Source of the DNA: Candidatus Eiseniibacteriota bacterium
GTDB taxonomy: Bacteria > Eisenbacteria > RBG-16-71-46
DNA length: 64,000 nucleotides
Direction of reading: 5' to 3'
NCBI GenBank assembly: GCA_963744995.1
Contig: CAVUWA010000009.1
Coordinates: forward strand, 128,001 to 192,000
This document shows, piece after piece, positions 1-9,596 of the stretch. The notes beneath the pieces were generated by a model that did no database searches, was not told the DNA's origin, and was given only the letters and a program-made list of their open reading frames with translations. Position numbers and translations under genes: made by a program. Position 1 is the first letter of the stretch. Each line of letters starts with the position of its first letter.

Positions 1-1
1 C

Positions 2-106
2 ACGGTGGATCTCGACGCCGGCCTGGCGCTCCATCCCGGCCTCTACTGGATCCGGCTCGAGCAGGGCGGCGCCGCGCTCACGCGCAGGGCGGTGCTGCTG
101 CCCTGA
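2..106 (+). CDS. 3' end of a secreted protein with T9SS type A/FlgD-like C-terminal sorting domain (partial, runs off the left edge)
   Basis: Frame 2 reads TVDLDAGLALHPGLYWIRLEQGGAALTRRAVLLP*, closely similar to the C-terminus of the 3335-5458 protein (TVDLGAGLDLESGLYLIRLSQGGRHLTRKAALILRP). Confidence 0.8.
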   Translation, partial: TVDLDAGLALHPGLYWIRLEQGGAALTRRAVLLP

Positions 107-153
107 CCCGGCTCGCCGGGAGGGGGCCTGGCCCGCTCGAGCGCGCGGTTCGG

Positions 154-585
154 CTAGGGCGTCACGGTGATGCTGCCGTCCATCGGGATGAACGCATGCG
201 GGATGCAGTAGTAGGGAAAGAACCCCGTGGAGTCGAGGTGGGCGATCGAACCGGGGACGTCGATCCCGGGCCCGAACACCACCCGGAACGAGTCGCCGGG
301 CACGACCGTGCCCGAATTCCAGAGCCCGTCGGAGGCGCACGGCACGCAAGCCCCGCTGGTCGAGGTGTGGTTGAGTCCGCTCGCGTTCACCCAGAGCACG
401 GTGTCGCCGGCGCTCACGGTCGTGTCGTGGGGCACGAAGGTGGTCCCCACCATGTGGATCTCCACGGTGGAGTTCGCCCCGGGCGGGACGGGGTTCGGCG
501 CGGTGGGCGGGGTCCGGCGCTTCGTGCAGGCGCCGATCAAAGCGACGGCGCAGAGCGACAGCACGACGATCGTCTTGCGGGTCAA
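154..585 (-). CDS. Cupredoxin (plastocyanin/azurin-like type 1 copper) lipoprotein
   Basis: Lipobox LIGAC; VSAGDTVLWVN strand; type 1 Cu ligands H (NHT) and C-x2-H-x4-M (YYCIPHAFIPM). Confidence 0.85.
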   Translation of the reverse strand: MTRKTIVVLSLCAVALIGACTKRRTPPTAPNPVPPGANSTVEIHMVGTTFVPHDTTVSAGDTVLWVNASGLNHTSTSGACVPCASDGLWNSGTVVPGDSFRVVFGPGIDVPGSIAHLDSTGFFPYYCIPHAFIPMDGSITVTP

Positions 586-675
586 ATTCCGGTCTCCTTA
601 GCTGCCGTGGGGCGCCCGCGGCCGGGAGCTGCGGCGAGCCGCCCCGGCGCGTGACCGCGACACGAAAAAAGTCAG

Positions 676-689
676 TCACAAATCTGTCA
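676..689. promoter_or_regulatory. Candidate CusR/CopR-like operator TCACA-N4-TGTCA
   Basis: One mismatch from the TGACA-N4-TGTCA palindrome; lies in an AT-rich patch between the divergent cupredoxin and NHL genes. Confidence 0.35.
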
Positions 690-753
690 GACGGCCCGCA
701 GGAGGTGTTAGACTTTCGACAAGCCGCAGCAGATCCTCATACCGGGAGAGGGA

Positions 754-2010
754 ATGGACACATCACTCGGGCGCCCCCCGTATCGCCTTTTGCCGCGCTC
801 GAAGCGTTTCGCTTCACTCGTTTCCTTGTCCGTGCTTTGCGCCGCCGCCCTCTCCGGGTGCGGCAAGAGCAAAGGTGACGCCGCGGCGCCGCAGGTGAGC
901 GGATGTCCCGACCAGTCGGGCGTGATCTGCACCTACGCCGGCGACGGGCGGGCCGGATTCCTGAAGGGCGACGGCGTGCCCCTGCTCGAGTCCAGCTTCT
1001 ACTTCCCGATGGACGTGACCGTCACCTCCACCGGCGAAGTGTACATCCTCGACTGGAACAATCATCGCGTCCGGCATGTCAAGGCCGACCATACGCTCGA
1101 GACGGTGATCGGCACGGAATACATCGGCGACGGCCCGACCGATCTCTCCGACCTCACCCCGCCCGGCGCGCCGGGCACGACGTGCAACCTGAACCACCCG
1201 ACCCATCTCGAAGAGCTGCTCGACGGCACCATGATGCTGGCCGCCTGGCACAACCACAAGCTGCGTCACTACGATCCGGCCACGGGGCTGGTGCTGGTGG
1301 TGTGCGGGTCGGCTCCCGGTTACATCGGGGACGGCGGCATGGCGATCTCCGCCGAACTCAACCAGCCGCCGTTCGTGCTGCAGGCCTCCGACGGCTCGTT
1401 GTACATCCTGGACCAGCGCAACCAGGTGGTCCGCAAGATCGACGGCATGAACGAGGACGGCACCGACATCATCACCACCGCCGTCGGCAGCGGCGTGCGC
1501 GACACCGATGGCGTCGCCTTCGGTGACGGCGGGCCGCCGCTCGAAGCACGTCTCGACCAGCCCTTCGGTTCCAATCCTTCACCTGGCGGCTCGCTGGCGA
1601 TGGACGCGCAGGGGCGGCTCTACATCTCCGACGTGCTCAACCAGCGCGTGCGCCGCGTGGACTTCACGCAGAACGTGATCGAGACGGTCGTGGGCAACGG
1701 CGTCGCCAGCTTCGGCGGCGACGGCGGACCCGGCACGCAGGCTTCCCTCAACAACCCGCGCGACCTCGAATTCGGCCCCGACGGCAGGCTTTACATCGCC
1801 GACGAGGAGAACCACCGGATCCGCGCCTGGGATCCCGCCACCGGCATCATCACCACCGTCGCCGGGAACGGCACGGCGGGCTATTCGGGCGACGGCGGAC
1901 CCGCCACCCAGGCCGCGCTCAACCGGCCTTCCGGCCTCGCCTTCGATCAGCTGGGCCGGATGTACATCGCAGATACTTTCAACAACGTCATTCGCCGGAT
2001 GCGGCTGTAG
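754..2010 (+). CDS. NHL-repeat (teneurin-like beta-propeller) lipoprotein
   Basis: Lipobox LSGC; repeated GDGGPAxxAxLNxP..LYIADxxNHRIR units; GGGAGAGGGA SD upstream. Confidence 0.85.
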   Translation: MDTSLGRPPYRLLPRSKRFASLVSLSVLCAAALSGCGKSKGDAAAPQVSGCPDQSGVICTYAGDGRAGFLKGDGVPLLESSFYFPMDVTVTSTGEVYILDWNNHRVRHVKADHTLETVIGTEYIGDGPTDLSDLTPPGAPGTTCNLNHPTHLEELLDGTMMLAAWHNHKLRHYDPATGLVLVVCGSAPGYIGDGGMAISAELNQPPFVLQASDGSLYILDQRNQVVRKIDGMNEDGTDIITTAVGSGVRDTDGVAFGDGGPPLEARLDQPFGSNPSPGGSLAMDAQGRLYISDVLNQRVRRVDFTQNVIETVVGNGVASFGGDGGPGTQASLNNPRDLEFGPDGRLYIADEENHRIRAWDPATGIITTVAGNGTAGYSGDGGPATQAALNRPSGLAFDQLGRMYIADTFNNVIRRMRL

Positions 2011-2022
2011 GAGCGTGACGCC

Positions 2023-3246
2023 ATGAAACGATCAAACGGGATTCCCGTTGTGCTTGCGTTTGCCGCGCTCTGCCTCGCGCAGACCGGCTGCGCCAGCAAG
2101 TCCTCGAGCCCGACCGCGCCCCCCGGCCCCTCGGGCCCGTACGCGACCATCGACACCTACATGGGCATCATCGGGCAGGCGGCGCTCGGCGGCGAAGGCA
2201 TCCCGCCGGACCAGTGCTACCTGTACCTGCCGCAGGACATCGTGTTCGGTCCCGACGGCCTCGCCTACGTGCTCGACTGGAACAACCACCGCGTGCGACG
2301 CGTGGGTTCCGACGGCCTGGTGCGGACGATCATCGGCAACGGGCAGCTCGGCGACGCGACCCCGGGCCCCATGCTGTCGATCAGCCTCAACCATCCGACC
2401 CACGTGTCGTTCGACCCGCAGGGAAAACTGATCCTCTCGGCCTGGCACAATTCGAAGATCATGCGCGGCGACTTCAGCACCGGCATGATGGAAGTGATCG
2501 TCGGCGACGGCCGGCGCGCTTACACCGGTGACGGCGGAACCGCCGACACGTCCGCCATCGATCTGCCGATGTCCACGGCATTCGACGCCGCGGGCAACAT
2601 GTACTTCATGGATCAGGGCAACCAGATCGTGCGCATGGTGGACAAGAACACCAACATCCTCAGCACCTACGCCGGGACGCCGCCCACGTGCGACGCGAGC
2701 GGCTGCGTCTATCACCACGGCTACACCGGCGACGGCGGGCTCGCGGTGAACGCCGAACTCGCCCAGCCGCGGACGCAGGCGGCCTACCCGGCGGGCCGCA
2801 TCGAGTTCGGACCGGATCAGGATCTCTACATCGCCGACTACGACAACAGCTGCGTGCGCAAGGTCGACCATGTGACCGGGATCATCAGCACGGTCGCGGG
2901 CACGGGCGTGCCCGGCTTCTCCGGTGACGGCGGGCCGGCGACCCAGGCCCAGCTCTACGAACCGACCGACATTGCATTCAGCCCCGCCGGCGAGCTGTTC
3001 ATCTGCGACCGGCACAACCATGTGGTCCGCAAGGTGGATGCCACCGGCGTCATCACCACGTTCGCGGGGACCGGCGGGCAGCCAGGACCGGCGAACTCGC
3101 CGTCGATCTCGCACGCCTCGATCGGTGACGGTGGTCCCCCGACGTCGGCGTTCCTCAACTATCCGGGCGGGATCACATTCGATCCTGCCGGCAATCTGTA
3201 CATCGCCGACACCAACCGCCACGTGATTCGAATCGTGCGGAAGTAG
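2023..3246 (+). CDS. NHL-repeat lipoprotein, paralog of the upstream gene
   Basis: Lipobox QTGC; same GDGG/NHL repeats; shares DWNNHRVR, LNHPTH and AWHN motifs; GGAG SD. Confidence 0.85.
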   Translation: MKRSNGIPVVLAFAALCLAQTGCASKSSSPTAPPGPSGPYATIDTYMGIIGQAALGGEGIPPDQCYLYLPQDIVFGPDGLAYVLDWNNHRVRRVGSDGLVRTIIGNGQLGDATPGPMLSISLNHPTHVSFDPQGKLILSAWHNSKIMRGDFSTGMMEVIVGDGRRAYTGDGGTADTSAIDLPMSTAFDAAGNMYFMDQGNQIVRMVDKNTNILSTYAGTPPTCDASGCVYHHGYTGDGGLAVNAELAQPRTQAAYPAGRIEFGPDQDLYIADYDNSCVRKVDHVTGIISTVAGTGVPGFSGDGGPATQAQLYEPTDIAFSPAGELFICDRHNHVVRKVDATGVITTFAGTGGQPGPANSPSISHASIGDGGPPTSAFLNYPGGITFDPAGNLYIADTNRHVIRIVRK

Positions 3247-3334
3247 GACAGCGGCGAGGCGCGCCGGCCGTCCCTTGACGGCCGGCGCCCAGCCGCCGCG
3301 TACCCATGGGGAGCGGGGGCCCCGCCATCGATCC

Positions 3335-5458
3335 ATGCCCAAAACCTCTTTCATCCGCTTCGCCGCTCTCGCGCTCGCGTGGAGCGCCGCCTGTGCCGGG
3401 GCCGCCTTCGCGCAGGATCCGACGCAGACCGATCACCCGAGCGTCAAGTACGTGGACGTCTCCGCTGAACGGGGCATCCTCACCTACCGCAATCAGGACG
3501 GGCAGGGCAGCGGCGTCGCCGCGGCCGATTTCGACGGCGACGGCGACGTCGACATCTTCGTGCCGCAGGCCAAGGGCCGGGGCCCGAGGCTCTATGTGAA
3601 CTCGGGCGAGGGCTACTTCACCGACGAGGCCGGCTCGCGCGGGCTCGGCGGCACGCGGGAGGGCCGCGTCGGACTGTTCTTCGACTACGACAACGACGGC
3701 GACCTCGATCTGCTGGTCGCCAACGACGACGACCTCGAGCCGTCCACGTTCACCCTCTATCGCCAGGACGCCGGACAGTTCACCGACGTGACGGCGGCAG
3801 CGGGACTGCTCAAGGCACCGGTCATTGAAGCCTACCCGCTCTGGTGGGGCGGGATCTGCGCCGGCGACATCAACAACGACGGTTATCTGGATTTCTACAC
3901 GTGCCAGTTCCTCGGGCCGGCGCAGCTGTTCCTCAACAACGGCGACGGCACCTTCAGCGACATCAGCGTGTCCAGCGGGATCGCGGCGCCCGACCTGTTC
4001 TGCCACCAGCCGATCATGTTCGACTTCAACGGCGACGGCTGGACCGACATCTACCAGGCCGTGGACTTCGCGCCCAACGAGCTGTGGATCAACCAGCACG
4101 ACAACACGTTCGTGGACATGGCCGCGCAGGCCGGCCTCGACAACTCCATGAACGACATGGGCGTCACGCTCGGCGACTACGACAACGACGGCGACTTCGA
4201 CATGTACATCACCAACATCTACCGGGACGGCAAGCACAACGTGCTCTACCGAAACGATTCGGTGCCGGACACGATGCGCTGCGTCGAGGTGTCGCAGGCG
4301 ATGGGCAACGCCAACGGCGGCTGGGGCTGGGGCACGACGTTCATGGATCTCGACCGCGACGGCAACGAGGACATCGTCGCCACCAACGGCTATTACAGCG
4401 GCTCATGGCCCGTCCCGGACACGACGCGGGTGTTCTGGAATCCCAACGGCGGGGCGACGCCGTTCATCTCCGAGGCGTTCTGCGTGCAGATGGACGACAC
4501 GCTGTGGGGCAGCTCGCTGGTCGCGGCGGACTTCGACCGTGACGGCGACCTCGACATCCTGCAGGTCGCCATGGCGAGCCCGACCTCGAGCGGCCAGCTC
4601 AGGCTGATGGACAACCAGGCCGGATTCCCCGCCAGCGAGAACCACTGGCTGGTGGTGAAGCCGCGTATCGACGGCCCGAACCGCTATGCCGTCGGCACTG
4701 TGGTGAAGGCCAGCGCCGCCGGCAAGAACATGATGCGGCAGATCAGCGCGGGGACGAGCTACCTCGGGCAGGAGCCCTACGAGGCGTTCTTCGGTCTCGG
4801 TCCCGGGATCCTCGTGGACGTCGAGGTCGACTGGCCGGACGGTGCCGTCACCACGCTCAACGACCAGAACGTGGACCAGGTGATCACCGTCACCCGGCCG
4901 GCGGTGATCGCACCGGCGGTGAGCGCGGCGCTGGAAGAGGTGACGCCGACGCACGCGCGGATCTCGTGGCAGGCGGACGGCGTGACCGGCACGAGCGTGA
5001 CGGTACAGCGCAGGGAGGGGGCGGGGCCGTGGGTGAGCATCGGCGATCTGGTCACCGACGCCGCAGGCGCCTGCACGTACGACGACGCGGCGGTCGTGGC
5101 CGGCCGTACCTATGCCTACCGGCTCTCGTTCACCTACAACGGCAGTCCCTTCCTGCTCGGCGAGATCCAGGTCGTGGTGCCGGCGCGCGCGCTCGCACTG
5201 GCGGGCGCGACGCCGAACCCGAGCCCCGGCGGACTGCAGGTCGCGTTCGCGCTGCCCGACGCCTCGCCGGCGACGCTCGCCCTGTACGACCTCGGCGGGC
5301 GGCTGCTGCGCTCGGTGGACGTGGGCGCGATGGGGCCGGGCGGCCACACGGTCGATCTCGGCGCCGGGCTCGATCTCGAATCGGGGCTCTATCTCATCCG
5401 CCTCTCGCAGGGCGGCAGGCACCTCACCCGCAAGGCCGCGCTGATTCTCCGTCCCTGA
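3335..5458 (+). CDS. CRTAC1/ASPIC-UnbV family FG-GAP repeat protein with Fn3-like domain and C-terminal secretion (CTD) domain
   Basis: Signal peptide from ATG 3335 (MPKTSFIRFAALALAWSAACAGAAFA); many DxDxDGDxD loops; ASPIC motif SAGTSYLGQ..FFGLG..VDWPDG; PNP..LYDLGGR..GLYLIRL tail. Confidence 0.85.
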   Translation: MPKTSFIRFAALALAWSAACAGAAFAQDPTQTDHPSVKYVDVSAERGILTYRNQDGQGSGVAAADFDGDGDVDIFVPQAKGRGPRLYVNSGEGYFTDEAGSRGLGGTREGRVGLFFDYDNDGDLDLLVANDDDLEPSTFTLYRQDAGQFTDVTAAAGLLKAPVIEAYPLWWGGICAGDINNDGYLDFYTCQFLGPAQLFLNNGDGTFSDISVSSGIAAPDLFCHQPIMFDFNGDGWTDIYQAVDFAPNELWINQHDNTFVDMAAQAGLDNSMNDMGVTLGDYDNDGDFDMYITNIYRDGKHNVLYRNDSVPDTMRCVEVSQAMGNANGGWGWGTTFMDLDRDGNEDIVATNGYYSGSWPVPDTTRVFWNPNGGATPFISEAFCVQMDDTLWGSSLVAADFDRDGDLDILQVAMASPTSSGQLRLMDNQAGFPASENHWLVVKPRIDGPNRYAVGTVVKASAAGKNMMRQISAGTSYLGQEPYEAFFGLGPGILVDVEVDWPDGAVTTLNDQNVDQVITVTRPAVIAPAVSAALEEVTPTHARISWQADGVTGTSVTVQRREGAGPWVSIGDLVTDAAGACTYDDAAVVAGRTYAYRLSFTYNGSPFLLGEIQVVVPARALALAGATPNPSPGGLQVAFALPDASPATLALYDLGGRLLRSVDVGAMGPGGHTVDLGAGLDLESGLYLIRLSQGGRHLTRKAALILRP

Positions 5459-5481
5459 TTTCCCCGTAAGGAGGGAAGACC

Positions 5482-6315
5482 ATGAAACGTCACATGCGGG
5501 CACTGGGAGTTCTCGCCGTGCTCGCGCTGTCGCTCGTCTCGTGCAGCAAGACCAAGACGGTGACACTCACGACGGCTCCCCCCACCGGCGCCATGACCCT
5601 GCACCTGGATCCGACGGTCAGCGGCCAGGCGCTCGTCCTGGATGGCGGCCTCTACACCGGCCTGGACGGCGCCGGCAACGACTACAGCGTCACCAATCTG
5701 CGCTTCTTCATCTCGAACGTGCAGCTGCGCAACACGAGCGGCATGATCTACGGCGTGCACGACTACCACTATCGCGACGCCAAGATCGCTTCGACGCGCG
5801 ACTACACGTTCAGCGGCATCCCGCCCGGCACCTACGACGAGCTGAGCTTCACGTTCGGTCTCGACGACCAGTGGAACGTCTCGAACAACGGGATCAGCGC
5901 CGATCCGAACGTGGCCGGCATGGAGTGGCCGCCCAACTGGGGCGGCGGCTGGCACTACATGATCCTCGAGGGCATGCACAACTCGGCCGGCGGTGGGACC
6001 TCGTACAAGACGCACCTCGGCCGGCGCTACATCGCAGCGAGCGGCGATCCGTCGGGGCAGGGGCCGGACTCGGTCGCCTACCCACACTTCTTCCAGGTGC
6101 ACCTGGCGTTCCCTTCGCCGATCACCATCAACGGCGACCAGTGGGCCGCGAGCGTGCAGATGGAACTCAACGGCTGGTATCAGTCCCCCGTATTCGACCT
6201 CAATTCATGGTTCCCGACCGGCACCGAGGGAATCATGGTCAACCTGACGGCAGAGAGTCTCCTGCAGCAGAACGGCCCGCACTGCTTCACGATCTCCGCG
6301 CCGCAGCAGTTGTAG
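5482..6315 (+). CDS. MbnP-family copper-binding lipoprotein
   Basis: Lipobox LVSC; LRFFISNVQL, IPPGTYDELSFTFGLD and GMEWPPNWGGGWHYMILEG motifs; immediately upstream of a di-heme peroxidase as in mbnPH pairs. Confidence 0.7.
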   Translation: MKRHMRALGVLAVLALSLVSCSKTKTVTLTTAPPTGAMTLHLDPTVSGQALVLDGGLYTGLDGAGNDYSVTNLRFFISNVQLRNTSGMIYGVHDYHYRDAKIASTRDYTFSGIPPGTYDELSFTFGLDDQWNVSNNGISADPNVAGMEWPPNWGGGWHYMILEGMHNSAGGGTSYKTHLGRRYIAASGDPSGQGPDSVAYPHFFQVHLAFPSPITINGDQWAASVQMELNGWYQSPVFDLNSWFPTGTEGIMVNLTAESLLQQNGPHCFTISAPQQL

Positions 6316-6325
6316 GCGCGGGACG

Positions 6326-7405
6326 ATGCATGTCGATTTCCGGCGGCTCTGCGCCGTCCTGATCTGCATCACCCTGCTGGGGACGTACGCCTGCGGCAAG
6401 AAGGGGGGTGGGCCGACCGCACCCACCCCGGGCACGCCGAGCTGGCCCGCGCCCGATCCGGTGTCGATCAGCGTGCTCGGCTTCCCGACGATTCAGATCC
6501 CGGCCGACAATCCGACCACGGTGCAGGGCATCGCGCTCGGACGCCGTCTCTACTACGACCCGATCCTCTCGGGCGACAGCACGCAGGCCTGTGCGAGCTG
6601 CCACCAGTACGGCCACGCGTTCAGCCAGCCGCAGCCGTTCAGCATCGGCATCGATGGGCTCACCGGAACGCGCAATGCCCCCGCCCTGATCAACGTGGGC
6701 TGGCTGCAGACGGCGTTCTGGGACGGTCGCGTGAACTCGCTCGAGGACCAGGCGCGCCAGCCCGTCGCGAATCCGATCGAGATGCACTCCGACTGGAACG
6801 ACGTGGTGGCGAAGGTGCAGCGCAGCTCGTTCTACCCGGACCTGTTCGGGCGCGCGTTCGGCACGAACGTCGTCACCCAGGACCTCATCGTCAAGGCGAT
6901 CGCGCAGTTCGAGCGCACGTTCATCTCGCACAACAGCCGCTACGACCGTTTCGTGAAGGGCGAGATCCAGCTCTCCGGCCAGGAGATGGCCGGCATGGCG
7001 CTGTTCTTCACCGAGAAGGCCGACTGCTTCCACTGCCACGGCAATCTGCTGGCGACCGACAATCGTTTCCACAACGTGGGAGCGGATCAGAACAGCACCG
7101 ATCCGGGGCTCGGTGGGATCACCGGGAACCCCTCGGACATGGGCCTGTTCAAGACGCCGACGCTGCGCAACGTGGTGTTCACCCCGCCGTACTTCCACAA
7201 CGCGCGTTACAACACGGTGCGTGACGTGATCGAGCACTACAACCACGGCGTCTCCGGGGTGCCGAATCTGGATCCGCTGATCCGCCCGGCGGGGGTGGGG
7301 CTCGGGCTGCGCGAAGGACAGGTGGACACGCTGCTCGCCTTCGTCCTCACGCTCACCGATTCGAGTTTCCTCGCCGACACCTCGCTCGGACCGCAGGGGC
7401 CCTGA
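6326..7405 (+). CDS. Di-heme cytochrome c peroxidase family protein (MbnH/MauG-like), lipoprotein
   Basis: Two CxxCH (CASCH, CFHCH); LGRRLYYDPILS, RNAPAL, FWDGR, NPIEM, FKTPTLRNV..PYFH motifs; Tyr (VIEHY) where MauG-type enzymes carry the axial Tyr. Confidence 0.85.
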   Translation: MHVDFRRLCAVLICITLLGTYACGKKGGGPTAPTPGTPSWPAPDPVSISVLGFPTIQIPADNPTTVQGIALGRRLYYDPILSGDSTQACASCHQYGHAFSQPQPFSIGIDGLTGTRNAPALINVGWLQTAFWDGRVNSLEDQARQPVANPIEMHSDWNDVVAKVQRSSFYPDLFGRAFGTNVVTQDLIVKAIAQFERTFISHNSRYDRFVKGEIQLSGQEMAGMALFFTEKADCFHCHGNLLATDNRFHNVGADQNSTDPGLGGITGNPSDMGLFKTPTLRNVVFTPPYFHNARYNTVRDVIEHYNHGVSGVPNLDPLIRPAGVGLGLREGQVDTLLAFVLTLTDSSFLADTSLGPQGP

Positions 7406-7441
7406 GGCGGGCCTGACGCGGCGGCGGCGGGCGTCGCCGCG

Positions 7442-8071
7442 TCAGGGCACGCGCGCGTTCGCGAAGGCGACGCTCCACTCGATGGCGCGCGCCATGTGTG
7501 CCTCCAGGGTGTGCCCGGAGCGCACGCGCGGCTTGAACGAGTGGTCACCGTCCGCGAGCCAGCGCACGGTGATCGTCTTCGAGAGGCGGTAACCGTCGAC
7601 GTCGACGCGGGTGCCGAACGGATCGCGTTCGCCCTGCACGATGAGCGCCGGCGTACGCAGCGTTTCGAGATGCCGGGTGCGCAGCTGGTCCGGGCGTCCC
7701 GGGGGGTGGAACGGGTAGCCCAGGCACAGCACGCCGCGCGCGCCCGCACGATCGGCGATCATGCTGGCGATGCGGCCGCCCATGGACTTGCCGCCGACCA
7801 GGACGCGGGCGCCGCCGCCCAGTGCCGCGACCACCGCGAGCCAGGTGTCCTCCAGCACCGCGGGCGGATTGGGACCGCGGCGCGGGCCGCCCGCGCGGCG
7901 CGCGGCCATGTAGGGAAACTCGAAGCGCGCGACGCGCAGGCCCGCGGCGGCGATCCCGGCGGCCATCTCGTTCATGAACGGCGCGTCCATCGGCAGCCCT
8001 GCACCGTGGGCCAGCGCGACGCTCAGCGGCGCGCGCGAAGGTCCGTCGAACAGCAACTCGGGTGGGTTCAT
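7442..8071 (-). CDS. Alpha/beta hydrolase (KANL3/Tex30-like)
   Basis: LAHGAG, nucleophile elbow GGKSMGGR, LGYPFHPPG, QGERDPFG, GDHSF. Confidence 0.85.
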   Translation of the reverse strand: MNPPELLFDGPSRAPLSVALAHGAGLPMDAPFMNEMAAGIAAAGLRVARFEFPYMAARRAGGPRRGPNPPAVLEDTWLAVVAALGGGARVLVGGKSMGGRIASMIADRAGARGVLCLGYPFHPPGRPDQLRTRHLETLRTPALIVQGERDPFGTRVDVDGYRLSKTITVRWLADGDHSFKPRVRSGHTLEAHMARAIEWSVAFANARVP

Positions 8072-8184
8072 CGGCAGGCCTCCGGCGCCGTTGCGGCGGC
8101 CGCGGGGTGCGGCGCCGTTTCGGCTAGACTGAGGGGCCCAGTCTACACGGCGCCCGTCCCGGCCCGCACGTTCCGGAGCCCTCC

Positions 8185-9009
8185 ATGAACCGCGACCGCA
8201 GCCCGCAGCACGAACAGATGGCCGACGAGTCCATGGTGCGCAATCTGGCCGCGCAGATCGAGGCCATCTGGCCGCAGGAGGCGCCGTTGTTCGCGCGCTA
8301 CGGGCTCGGCTCTCACGCGAGGATCCTCGACGCGGGATGCGGCACGGGGGAGGCGACGCTGCGGCTGGCGGAGATGTTTGCGGACGCGCGGCTCACGGGC
8401 GTCGATCTCGTCGAGTCGCACCTCGCGCTGGCCGCCGAGCGCACGGGATCGCTGGGCCCGCGGGTGGGCTTCGAGGTCGCCGACGTGACGGCGCTGCCGC
8501 ACGCGGACGCCGTCTTCGACCTCGCGGTCTGCCGCCACGTGCTGCAGGCGGTGCCCGATCCGGCACGGGTGCTGGGCGAGCTCATGCGGGTCACGCGGCC
8601 CGGGGGACGGCTGCACCTGGTCGCCGAGGACTACGGCATGATCTTCCTGCACCCGACCCGGCTCGGCACCGAGCGCTTCTGGGGCGCGGTCACGTCGGCG
8701 TTCGGACCGGCGCTCGGCACCGACCTGCGTGTCGGCCGCCATGCGTACACGCTCCTCCACGAGGCCGGCGCTGCGGACGTCGCGCTGGAGTACGTGATCG
8801 TGGACACGCTGCGGGTTCCGCGCGCTGTTTTCGCCGCCATCTTCGAGGCCTGGCGCGACGGCTACGCCGGGGGCATCGGCCTCCATACGCCGATCACCCG
8901 CGAGGCGGCGCTGGCCCACTTCGGCGACATGATCGCGTGCATCCGCGACCCGGCCGGCTACGCCGTCTGGATGGTGCCGGTGCTGAGTGCGGTCGTGCCC
9001 GGGGCGTGA
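8185..9009 (+). CDS. Class I SAM-dependent methyltransferase
   Basis: Motif [37 protein letters not shown]. Confidence 0.85.
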   Translation: MNRDRSPQHEQMADESMVRNLAAQIEAIWPQEAPLFARYGLGSHARILDAGCGTGEATLRLAEMFADARLTGVDLVESHLALAAERTGSLGPRVGFEVADVTALPHADAVFDLAVCRHVLQAVPDPARVLGELMRVTRPGGRLHLVAEDYGMIFLHPTRLGTERFWGAVTSAFGPALGTDLRVGRHAYTLLHEAGAADVALEYVIVDTLRVPRAVFAAIFEAWRDGYAGGIGLHTPITREAALAHFGDMIACIRDPAGYAVWMVPVLSAVVPGA

Positions 9010-9047
9010 GGCCGGGCCGCGCGCAAGGGGGGCTCGACCCCCGCCAC

Positions 9048-9077
9048 TTGACGCACTCGGGGCCGGCATGGTCCAAT
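9048..9077 (+). promoter_or_regulatory. Candidate sigma70 promoter for rpmB
   Basis: TTGACG-N18-TCCAAT with an extended TG, about 100 nt upstream of the rpmB ATG. Confidence 0.4.
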
Positions 9078-9179
9078 CCCCCGTCTTTTTCCGGCGGGCC
9101 CGCCCGAGCGGCCTCCGGTTCTTCTGATCATCGTCTGCCCAGGGCTCACCAGGCCCGCCAGGGCCGCCCAGGAGTCGAC

Positions 9180-9416
9180 ATGAGCCGAGTCTGTCAGGTC
9201 ACGGGGATCGGTCCCCGCTCCGGTAACAACGTCAGTCACGCCAACAACAAGACGCGCCGGCGCTGGCTGCCCAATTTGATGTCCAAGCGCTTCTATCTGG
9301 AAGAGGAGAAGCGCTGGATCCGTCTTCGCGTCTCCGCGAAGGGCATGAGGACGATCGACAAGAAGGGCCTGGCCGCGGTGGTGCGCGAGATGCGCGCGCG
9401 CGGCGTCAAGGTCTGA
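9180..9416 (+). CDS. rpmB: 50S ribosomal protein L28
   Basis: [50 protein letters not shown]; the true start is inside ORF 8337..9416. Confidence 0.97.
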   Translation: MSRVCQVTGIGPRSGNNVSHANNKTRRRWLPNLMSKRFYLEEEKRWIRLRVSAKGMRTIDKKGLAAVVREMRARGVKV

Positions 9417-9505
9417 CCCGCTCGCGGTCTGCGTCGCGGGTCCCGGCTGCGCCGGGGCCCGTCTGTTCTTCCCGCACGGTTCGCGTCTCCCCGACGCCCC
9501 CGCCC

Positions 9506-9533
9506 TAAAGGCCCGCCACCCGTCTGCCGATAG
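9506..9533 (+). promoter_or_regulatory. Candidate sigma28 (FliA/WhiG-type) promoter
   Basis: TAAA-N16-GCCGATAG, about 64 nt upstream of the PilB-like gene. Confidence 0.6.
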
Positions 9534-9596
9534 ACGCCCTGTACCTCGCTTCCCCCTCGGAGCGCGCAGGTCCTTCCATTCCTCCGAGGGGCGTCC

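Noticed and set aside
5482..7405. Methanobactin biosynthetic cluster
   Set aside because: No mbnA, mbnB, mbnC or precursor peptide is visible; only the mbnPH-like pair.
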